From the NCBI GenBank assembly GCA_051362555.1, contig CM120641.1:23690401-23754400 (forward strand): a DNA stretch of 64,000 bases, given 5' to 3'. The notes beneath the pieces are model-generated. The model saw nothing but the letters and a program-made list of their open reading frames with translations, made no database searches and was not told the DNA's origin. Position numbers and translations under genes: made by a program. Of the stretch, positions 12,901 to 24,900 are shown in pieces (the first letter of the stretch is position 1; every line of letters begins with the position of its first letter). Source of the stretch: Lingula anatina (lineage: Eukaryota > Animalia > Brachiopoda).

Positions 12901-15900
12901 TGATAAGAATACAATGGAAGTCAACATTAAAATTATACAATGTGTAATTAGTGGATTGATAACCTTGAGGGAACATTTTCACAAGGGGTTACAAATCCAC
13001 TAATTCTCAAATGTTGTCACCACTAGTTGTTTTATTATATACCCAAGGCTATGCACACTTGTCTTCTTGAAAAAAAGAAATTGTAATCCCTGGCAGTGAG
13101 TTACGACATTTTGCTCAAATGATCCTAATTTGGTCAATGACCAATCTGGCCTGGTAATGGGTATATAATCAAATGATCAAAATTAGGAATGGTAGCCAGA
13201 AGGATGCAAAATGGGCTATGTATCAGTGGTTCCTGAAAAGGCAAAAGCATGTCAGAGTCTGAAACTTTTTTAAACTTATTTTTGCTTGCTTAACATGATT
13301 ATTTTTCATAGCCATTTTCTTCTGTTTAGTTATAGTTTTAGCAATTTTTTTTTGACACAAACTGACTGAAGTGTACTTTTCTGTTTACACAATAAATCGA
13401 ATTTGGGTTGAACTAAAAATGTCAGCATTTTTTTTTTACTTAATAATCATGAATATTGTCATCTAAACAGTGGATTTTGCCAAATGCCAATCTGATATCT
13501 GCTCATGTCTGGGATTCAAACCCAGTCTGAAATTAATATATTGGATATAATATATTGCTGGCATTATGACGTGTAAGGTCAAGGTCACAACAGAAATCAC
13601 TGAGGTCAGGTGATGGTGTAGTTTTATAATTTTAATTATTTTATTAGTTTGGATTGATAGTTTAAGTTTTTTAACCTTGTGGCATCATTTCACCCCTCTC
13701 CCTTCCCACACCCCCCAAATTCCTTTTCACTCCCTTGCCATGTGTAATGCAAGCATTGTCATATTACTGTATTTAATAGTTACTGTCATAATCCAGAACT
13801 TATATGTTACTAATATTGTTTTGGATGCAAAACTGTTTTGCTTAAATGTTATACATAAATGATGGAATGGAAATAGATGTATTTTGAATGGCTTTTACTA
13901 GCATTGCATTGTGAAGTAGTTTACATAGCTTTGTGAAGTAGTTTACATAGCTTTGTATTTCTGTCATTATCAGTTATGAAACCTTATTCTTAATAACCAA
14001 AAATACGTATTAAATATGTCAAATTATGACATGGAATTTTGAATGCCCACAAAATTGACTGGAAACCATTGGCCCAGAAATGAAAATTAACATGAATATC
14101 ATTATTTTGAATGTTTCTGTGAACAAGACTATTACAAAGTTGTTCTAAAGTGTGCTGGTGTCTTTTATATAAAAATTGTCATCTAGTGATTTATAATTGT
14201 TGTTGTAATTAGTTTGAAAATTGCTCATTCTTGTGAGTAGCATCCATACCAGCTGATTTTTTTAACACAAATTTCAGATGCACTTTAATAGTAATCTGTA
14301 TTCTTGACATGAAAACTGCATTTTTAACAAAACCATCTAACATGAATGTCCTGGAGATACATGTAGCATATCGCCAGCATTCAACTGTGGAAACCCTTTA
14401 GATTTATTTATTTTTTTAAAGTTATGTTTTTCCTTAATAATGCCTGCAAATTTTTGCCCAAAACATCAGTGTCAATCACTGCGATCTTGTAGATTTGATA
14501 GTCATTTTATTTATGTAGCTGAAGATGCAATACTTTAAAACTGCTACTTTAAAACTGATATTTTTGTCTGGTCGTTAAGCCAATTTCTGGTTTCAGAAGG
14601 TGACCATCTGGCAACAGGCACAGACAATCTTGTGTCTAAACTAGCATTTATACATATGTTATAAAAACCACTGTAAGAACAGGTTAGTTGTATGGATGTA
14701 TAAAGGCGAGATAAGTGCCTTGAAATATTATCTTGGCCCTGGAAGAATTTCTCATGGCAGTAAAAGCATTTTTCAAAACATGAAATACAAAATGCTTATA
14801 TTATTGGAAAACATGATGTATAAAAAAAAACTAAGAAAGGTTTGCCAAACATCATATTTGTTTTCAATATTTTGTTGCTGCTGCCTTCCAGAGCGAGAAG
14901 GGCGTGTGTGTAGCGCCGAGTGTCGAGATGGCTGCTGGGGACCAGGAGACGACAAGTGTGTCAAGTGTGCTAACAAACGCCTTGGGAACAAGTGTCTAGC
15001 AACATGTGACCCGAGTCTGGGAATATACACCAAAGATGACAACGTCACCTGTGACTACTGCCATCCAGAGTGTGCCAGGACATGTACTGGACCAGAGGCC
15101 AAGGACTGCGATAGCTGTAAGAACTATAAGAATGGACCATACTGTGTGAAGGAGTGCCCAGAGTCCATGTATGGTGACAACACCACCAAGGAGTGCAAAA
15201 AGTGCCATGAGAATTGTCTTCTGTTGCAGGAAGAGAGCGGGTATTACTTGTTTTCTATTGTATTATATTATATTTTATTATATTGTATTGTTTGAAAGAA
15301 GAAAGATTTTATTTACAGTGTTTGGTGAAAAGACTGAAAGCTTGGGTAACTTTTAAAATTATACAATGTGAATAAGTTCATTTGTTTATTGACTGTGAGT
15401 AAAAACAAATTTTCTGAGGTTAATTTTTTGCGTTACTTTATCTCAATAGAGCTAAACATATCTCACTAACTCACTCATGAATGATTGAATTTCAGTGGAA
15501 GTTTTATTTTTTACAATTCAGGTGCTCGGGTCCTGGGAACTTTGTTGGTCCAGGAGGCTGCTCCAAATGCAAGATGTTTATCTATGACAAAAGGACCAAG
15601 AACGTCACTGAATGCCTTCCTACATCAGACAAGGGGCAGCCGCAGTGTCCAGCAGGATATTATGGTCACAGAGTCACATCCCATGAACACTTAAATACAG
15701 CCTACGGGCTTCAGGGCATGCAGTCCTGCGAATTATGTAATCCCTTGTGTAAGACCTGCTTTGGGGCCCTGCCAACCGAGTGTAATGAATGCACCTTCTT
15801 CAAAGACATCAGCATGTCTGTGCATTTTTGTGTTGTCTCTTGTACTGAGCGAAATTATGAGGACCACAATGATAAGACTTGTAAGCCGTGCAATTCCGAG

Positions 15901-18900
15901 TGTCGCAAAGGATGCACAGGACCCAACTCTACACAGTGTAATTTCTGCAGTAATGTGAAGGTGCCACTTGGAATTACTGTGAATGGAGTGGATATGGTAA
16001 GTAGAAAATGAAACAGACAAACTTCCTCAAGTTTTTGTACAGGTCATAATTCTCAGGTTCTTTCATACATTTCTGTTCTTTTTATGAAAATTATACTTGT
16101 TGGGTCATAGGTATTATAAAATGGATTACTAACAAAATAGATGAATAAGTAAATGGAGAAATATGATAAATACTGATTCTAGCAGTTCAGGTAGTAATAT
16201 AAATTTAAATAAACGAGGTCTAGTTCCACTATGTTGACCATCAGATTCCATTTTTTTCCCTTCTGTTCTTCAGTTCAATTGCTCCAGTGAGTGTCCTAGT
16301 CATCTGCCTCACAAAAGACGTGAAGCTGGGGACGAGGTGTGCAGCACGCCACCTGTGATGTAAGTAGATTTTGAAGAAGTTTTGATTAAGAGTGGCTGTT
16401 GGCTATAAGCAAGTTGTAAAATAAAGAAATATATAGACTGAGGGAGACGGGAACTGTAAATGCTTAGTTTCAAAATTGTGTCATTTTATTTTTCAGTGTG
16501 TAATGTACTTTTCCACAATATTATATAAGTATTATATTATCGTTCATGAAAAGTCAAAGAAAGAACAAAACATGTCTGATACATTACTATTCATATCCAT
16601 TATAACACTTGTGGTGCAATCTCTATTAAGTAGTGTACACTTCTCTTAACCTCTCATCTTTTTTGCCTTATTCCAGTGGTCTAGCCACCGGTCAAATTGC
16701 TGGCATTGCGGGAGGTAGTGTGGTGTTTGGTCTCATCTGCATCATTTTACTCGCCTTCCTGTGCTACAAGAGACAAAAAGCTAAGGAGACAACCATTAAA
16801 CTAACCTCTAAGATGATTGGCTATGGAGATGATGAGCCACTGACGCCTACAGACGCCGTTCCAGATCTCTCCAAATTGAGACTTATTAAAGAGTGTGAAA
16901 TACGGAAAGGAGGAATCATTGGTTCTGGTGCCTTTGGAACAGTGTATAAAGTAAGCTAGACAAAGAAATGGCAGATTAATTCATATTTAAATTATCAATA
17001 TCTGAGAAAAATTCATATTTTGACTCAGCAAAAAACAAAGAGTGTTTGAAATACATATAATGCCAAGATGTTACCGCTGACCACAAAGTTAATCTCGTCT
17101 TTCAGGGCGTCTGGATACCTGATGGAGAGAATGTGAAAATACCTGTTGCCATCAAAGTCTTACAAGAAGGCACCTCGCCCAATCACAACAGAGAGTTGCT
17201 CGAAGAGGCACGTGTCATGTGTTCTGTGGAGCATCAATGCTGCGTGCGCATTCTTGCAGTGTGCATGACAGCGCAGATGATGTTGATTACACAGCTGATG
17301 CCCCTGGGGTGTTTGCTGGATTATGTCAGGAAGAACAAGCAGAATATAGGGTCCAAAGTATTGCTCAATTGGTGTGCCCAGATAGCTAAGGTACGTGCAT
17401 TTGAATGTCCTAGAAACTAAGATGCTGTATAGTTAATATGGGCCCCATTAGCACAGATGATTAGACTACCTGTATAAACTTTTCCAGTGTCATTTACTGT
17501 CATCTGTGCCCTTTGGAAATATAAGAACTTATTTCCTCAATTACGGCCAAAGATTGATTTTTCACTAGATATTCACATATGAATGCTCTCTCTCAGCAGA
17601 GAAAATTGACATAAATTAGCCAGACACATATCTATGAATATGTAGTGAAAAATCAATCCATAGCCCTGGTAGAGGTTGATATGAAACCTATGTATTATCA
17701 TTTACTGTTGATGTACTCTTTTGGAAACATGAGAACTTGACACCTACGGTAATGTGCCATGAATTTCGAACAGTAAAAAATAATTAAATTTGGGAAAAGA
17801 TCGTTCTGGCCGAAATTCATGAAATGGAGGTGCTCAGAACTTCCGAAAGTTCGAATTTCATGGAATTCTGTCAATTTTGACCGGAAGTTGTCTGTTCGTC
17901 GCTAGGCCTTCTGTTATCTTCTCCCTACGATCTATTTAGAGTTACCATAATGTATGATGTGTGAGTGTCGGTAATTGCGACCAAAGGTATACACGTACTT
18001 TCACCCGATCACTGTGTATGGCCCATAGATAGAGCGGTACTGTTGTCTAGGGCCGCAAAACAGCATCGTTAACAGTAGTGTCGTTTTTCAAAAGCGATTC
18101 TGGCAGCCAGAAACAAGTGTCGTTTTTCAAAAACGATCCTGGCGCTCAGAACGGGAGTGGACGAAGGGAGAGACGGCCGATGATTAGCGTCTGCCACGGC
18201 CAGATAACCTTTACTATGGAAGCTTAGTGTTACCGTTGCTCCTTTCCGTGCACTGAAACTGAGACGACAGCCGATCAGTGTCTATGGCCCACGTGCAGGT
18301 AGCCTTCATCTGCGATAAGTGTCTTCCGCGACCAGGTTCGTTGCCTTTACCGTTAAAGTCGGGCGGAGCTTTACGCGCGAATGTGTCCTCATCTCGCCGT
18401 TCGCGGGTCGGTGTCTCCGACGCATACGTAGCCTTCCCTGCAGAAGCCGGCCTCGGCACTACGGCCTCTCCTCCGTGCGGGGAGGCCACTACGACCGCAG
18501 ATCGGTATGTGCAGCGCACAGGTAGCCTTCGCCACGGCAGCCGAACTGTGTATTAGGGTCTCTCTTCGTCGTGCGCTGCGACCAAGATGACCGCTGATTG
18601 TTGTCTGCGATCAAATATACTAGGTTTTTTTTTTGGGGGGGGGGGGGGGGGAGGGGGGGGGGGCAACCCAATCTTAACCAGCAGCAGCAACTGATTTCCT
18701 GGCGCATAGTTGCGTCAATGTACGCATTTGAAAAGCGTGTACGTTTTGTCATTGAAACCATCTTCAAACAAACGCAAGAGATAGGTAATCTAGAGTAAAC
18801 CGAAAAGGCAGCTTTTATATTCGTTCAAGGGACTGGAAGATCGTCAATGGGAGATAGTGAGCGATCTGAGCGCGACAATAAGCCAATTTCCACACTAGTT

Positions 18901-21900
18901 CCACACTAGACTTCGTTACTATATTCGTCAGCAAGAGATCGTCTGCGATCCGAGCAAGCATAGAAGCTTGGACTTTTTGTCCATGCTAGAAGGCAATTTT
19001 CATGTAGTCAGCAGGATATGGTTTGCTGGTTTGCGACAGGGGCGTAACCAGGCATACGCACGGATACACTATGCGTATATAATTTTTTGGCCAACCATGA
19101 TATTATTCTCTATAAATCTAGTGTACTTTTCAAGGAATATTATCGAAAATCCCCTTCAATTATAAGTTAATGTCACCTGAATGTACAAATTCTCTAAATA
19201 ATTTATATATGCACCATTGTTCTGACACCCTTCTCGTTTGCTTTCACAGAACTGAGGTAAAGAATACTAGTTACCATCTGAAGTCCGATCTTAATCGTCC
19301 ATCTAGCTGGAACTTGCTTTACCTCTTAATTAGAGGGTAAAGTGCCCTTCAGCTCACAGGTAGCTTTTGTCTTGAGTGTATCGAACGCGATATTTATCTC
19401 AGATAAAAATCTACCTGTGTGTTATTTCAAAGAGCTGCTCCAACAGACCTGGGGGCACTAGATAAATCTGATCATCGGGCTAAACAAGGAGCCAGAGAAA
19501 CAAAGGAAGATTGATTTTTCCTGCAAAGTTTCAAAGAATTTTGACACGGACTTGATCTAGATTAACCCTCCAAACTAACGGGGTGGCATGGGCAATTTTT
19601 ACAAAATTTACAAACAATTAAACTTAGATATATTACAATTTTATCCTTTAATATAATTTTGGGAGGCATGCACCCGCATGTAAGCTGGGTGATGTCAGTA
19701 AGCCCCTAGTTAAATAAATATACCCTTATGAGCAAGGCTTTTCCCAGTGAACCGTCCAGCCGTCATTTGGACGGCCGCTGACATCACCGGACGGCCTATA
19801 TTTTCAAAGACGGCTAGACGGCTTGCGACTTTTTTTTAAATGACGTCTTGGCTTGTCGGGACAGCCGTGGACGTTGTAAGAAATTTTCTTAGAGTAATTT
19901 GACGTACCTAGCTTTTATGATGCGTCACAGATGAAAGGTACTACTTTGTAGTGTACGCTGATATTCAGTCAGGACGAAACTACTTCCTAAAGCTTACAAA
20001 ACACAATAAAATGTTTCTATGAACTTTAAGATACACATTCCATGCCGTATGCAGCAGTGACAAGAGTGACCTTCATGCGGTACAAAACACTAAGCAAACT
20101 ACAGGCCAATTTGTGAAAGGGGACACCTTCCGGACCTTCATACGCACGGCAACTGACAAAGCTGATTGACAAAAAGGAAAATTTCAAATTTTCAGCGAGA
20201 GATTGTTCGCAATCCGAGAGAGACCAGGAGGCAATTTTCATATTTGTTAAAGAGACTTCGTAAGCCAAAGGGCGAGACGAGAACGCAATTTTCGTGTCGT
20301 CAGCGTCGCAATCCGAGTGAAACGAGAAAGCTCACACTCGTTCAGTGGCTTTCGTTTGCGGCAGATCGTCAGCCGGAGATCATTCTCGATTGTTTTTAAC
20401 CCTCCATCCCTCCCCATTGGAATTTCCATCCCTCCCCATTGGAATTTATAATTTTTAAAAATATTTTTCATTTCATTTGTACATTTCAAGGGACATCATT
20501 AGCGGAAGATCGTCAGCGGGAGATCGTGAACGATCTGAGCGAGACAAGAAAGCAATGATGGTAATCTTTATTGCAGCTCTTAATATTGCTCTTTTGTTCT
20601 GTTACTGAAGTCTCTACTGTTAACAATGCTATTATGCGCCTCAGCAAAACTACCGATCGCTATCTCACACCGAATACTGCGGTAAAGAAACAACAGCCCG
20701 ACAGTGCAACTCTTAATAGATTCTCCTGTTATCTGAATGAATGGATATGACGATGTTGTTTAGCGTCCTAAACTAACTGTACTGATCGTAATCTTGCACC
20801 TTGGGTCGCACACGTAGTACTCAGGTAAAGGTACGCTAGGGCAACATTGCCGACTGATAGATCTTTATAAGCGCGAGAATAGAGCGGTGGCCGATTTTAA
20901 GGTGTACGAAATTCACGAAATGAAGATCGCGCAAAATTGCTTACTGGCCGAAATTCATGGTCCAGAAAAAACTCCAGACGGCCGATTTTAAGATCGTTCG
21001 AAATTCAAGAGCCGTTCGAAATTCATGGCACTTTACCGTAATAACATGCTTTCTGGGTGCTCTCCTGACACAAATGCTCACTGCTTTTCTTGATTTGCAG
21101 GGCATGTCGTACTTAGAAGAGCGAGGCATTGTCCACAGAGATCTGGCAGCAAGAAATGTCTTGGGTAAGGAAAATAATCAGCATAACTATGAGAGTTTTT
21201 TTATCAACATTTGTATTAAGACACTATTCCAAGAAGAATCTGGTGATGAATGATTTGCTTACATATTATAATTGGACATTTAGGATAACATACCATTCCA
21301 CTGACAAAATAAAAGGTTGAAAGACTTTCAAGCAGTTTAGAGTTTAAAATGTATGTAGTGCAAAAAGCTATCTTTTCATTGCATTATTTCAGTTGGAAAG
21401 TTCAAGCAAGGTAACCATTATTTCCTTGTTTTTTTTTCAGTTCAAAGTCCCAGTTATGTTAAGATCACAGACTTTGGTCTGGCCAAACTGCTGGACTACA
21501 ATGAGGCAGAGTACCATGCGGCTGGGGGCAAGGTCAGTAAAACAGAATGGCCACGTGTTATAACTGCTAAGGGATCAGGATTTAAAAACACAGAAAGCAC
21601 AGAACATGTCTGATATAGTGCTACATCATCCAGAAAAGAGTTAACAAGGCATCATTTTTTTTATTGATATCTTGCATTTTGAATATTTAAGGGCCTTGTC
21701 TGAGAGATGCTAAAAAAATGTCTTCTGTTTTCTCATTCCAGATGCCAATCAAGTGGCTAGCATTAGAATGCATTCAACACAGAATATTTACTCACAAAAC
21801 AGATGTATGGAGCTATGGTAAGAAAATAATATCCATTTACACCCCTGCTGGTAGGGGAGGAGGGTTCAATAGAACTGCCCTTTTGGCTCAAAAAAAGTAT

Positions 21901-24900
21901 GCTCTGAATCAAAATTTGATGTACTAGTAGATTCCATACCATTTCTCAACTGCGGACAACTAAGGGGTAAAAAGGTCCATTGTTTACAAAAACTCCTTAA
22001 ATTGCCAGCTACAGATCTAATTGATATGCAATTTCCTATGTAACCAGGCCCTCAGTCTTAACAGAGAGGTGATAAAATTTTTTTTAAAAATCAGGCTAGT
22101 TGTCAATTTCTTACAACTTATTTATCTTTTACAGGTGTTACAGTTTGGGAGCTTCTTACATATGGTTTGCGTCCGTATGAAAATGTTCGAGCACGTGATA
22201 TCCCAGATTTGCTTGAGAAGGGAGAACGTCTTCCTCAGCCAAGTATTGCTACAATAGATGTATATATGATCATGATCAAATGTAAGTGTAGGTGTGGTTT
22301 GTGAATGTATTTGCAGGGATTAAGGCAAAGGAATAAATAATTTCATTACCTCAAACTTTTTTATATTATTAAGGCTGTTACGTTTTTGGGATAAGTTGTG
22401 TCGAAGTTAATCATTGTGTGATTTCTACCATGATTTTTCATCTAGGTTGGATGTTGGATGCAGAGAGTAGGCCATCATTCAAGGAACTCCATGAAGAATT
22501 TAGTAAAATGGCCAGGGACCCAGGCAGATATCTTGTCATTCATGTAAGTATGAGAGAAGAACTAAACACATACATGTAGCTATGTGAATATTGGTATTTA
22601 TGCCCCTTTTTACATTGAGCAGTACACTCAACAGGGCTTGTTCACTTTGAGAGATTGACAACTTAATAACCTGGTTATTTCACAAGAGAGTCATCAAAAT
22701 GGAACCTCTGTACTCGGCACAACCACTTAATAAACTAAATAGCAGGTAGTGAATCTATGGAGAACTTGTGAAAGGGAGTAAAAAACCCTCTCTCAAAGTG
22801 GACCGATCCAGTTAAATGTACCACTTGAGGTAAAAAGGACCTACACTAGAGGTTCAAAAACAGGCTGTGATCAGTGTTACAGGACTAATCCCCTCATAGG
22901 CATTACATTACACATATATCATAGGTATTTTTTCGATGTATATTAGGGATATATTATGTCCCCATTAAATGAGTAGGAACTGTAAACAAATGGTTTTGTA
23001 GTATCAGCAACTTGAAGAACAGACCAAGTCAGAGAAATCAGGAGTACAAAGTATATTTAATGGCCAGGCTTCAGAACTTATTTATGAAAGCTTGGGAGAT
23101 GACAGTATCAAGGAGCAATGCGGGGAACAGCCTGAACCCAATGTCCTGAGTCATGTGACTAATCAACCTCTGGGAAAAGACTACTCCAATTTGGCAGCTG
23201 GATCAAGACTCTGTGAGAATAATAGTGATTTTGTGCTTCAAACAAATAATCTGGACCCTGATAAAGCTGAACTTGATCTTCATGTAGCTGTCCTTGACCT
23301 TCATAAATCTGACCTTGACCTCCCCAGTGCAGATCACTCGACTCCAGAATACCTGGCTTTGATAGCCACAGATGATGTAGGCAAATCTGTTTTTAGAGTG
23401 CATTATGAGTCTCTTTCCAGCTTTCATAGAAGATGAACATTATGTATTTTCTCTCCTCTTTTGGCAGTTTTTGAAATGGATTGTGCTTGTCTGATTTAAG
23501 GCTTAAGATTGTATTGATATATTTGCAGTGAACTTAGTTGTATCATGTTCAGAATATTTTTGTTTTTTTTTTAAGTACTCTTTTTTCCTATCTACATCCT
23601 ATTTATTGAGATTGTTGTGCTGAATTTTGTTTTAAAAAGACCATAAGAGAGAAATGATTTTTAATAACAGTAGAATTGTGTTGACAATGGGCAGTGACCA
23701 GACAATAAAGATTTAAATGGATAAACAGTTGGTAAAATTTAAATGAGCATATTTTCTATTTAAAAAAATTCTTGTCCATGCCCCTGTGGCATAAAATATG
23801 ACACACCCATTTGCCAGTTGATGATAAATGTTCCTCATTGTGTCCTTATGATATCATGATGAGAAAGTTTGATATGGAATCTGCAGTCTGATATAATTTC
23901 CTTAAAAACTACAGCATTGCAAATGTTAAAATTGTAAAGTGGAGCATAACTACTTAAAGATGCGACAGATTTAATTAATCAGATGTCATTCTCTGACCCT
24001 CAGGGCGACAGACTGATGCGTCTCCCTAGCCATACCTACGACAAGCGTGATCTGATCCGCAGCATAAGTGGGGGGACGGAAGGGCCCGAGGAGATCATGG
24101 AGGCTGAGGACTACTTAATGCCACGGTCCAGTACAGAGAATGAGCAGGGGCCCATGTCTCCCACGTCCCCTGTCTCTCCCAGTGGGGGCATCACGGTGAG
24201 TGGTTTTATCCTGGTTGGGGAAATATATATATACACACACACACACACACTTTTGTATTTGTTTTTGTAGAGGAGGTAGAATTAATATATATATATGCAG
24301 TGAGTGATAACATATATAAGGATTTGAAATGCAATTTAGCTTTGTTTTTAATGGAGTTTCTCTCATCAATTGTTGTCTTTGATTTTTAAAGTCACAATAA
24401 GAGAAATGAGCATGATTTTTTTCTGGATTGAAATATTGAAGGCCATCATTAAAATGGAGCTATATTTTTCAGAAACCACTTCTTCCTGTTAGTGAGCCAT
24501 ACGACAACGACAGAGGTGCTAGAGCCTACCCAAGAGGGGATTACTTAAATACTGAAAATAAGAGAGACAAAAAATATGGCAACCTTGAGGCAGCCAGTGC
24601 AGCCTCCAGAGGACGAGGCAATAGTGTTAATTCCAGATATAGCTCGGACCCCTGTAAACTACTGGTGGACATGAAAGGAAGAGGTAGGTTGTTATAATGG
24701 AGAGTGTCCAGTTGGCATTATGACTAACTCTATTATCCATAAAAATGAGACTAATTGAGACTAGGACAGAAAGAAGGCTGTTTACCATTAGATTAGAGAC
24801 TTGTGGATTATGAAAGAAAGCAAGTTTAGGTTATTAGGCTTGCCTTGACTAGTTTTCTCCTCTGACTATCTGGCTATGTATTGTGATGATGTTTTCCTGT

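Noticed and set aside
18214-18798. ORFs in the transposon as a transposase
   Set aside because: Short, with no DDE/HTH signature; explained by high GC.
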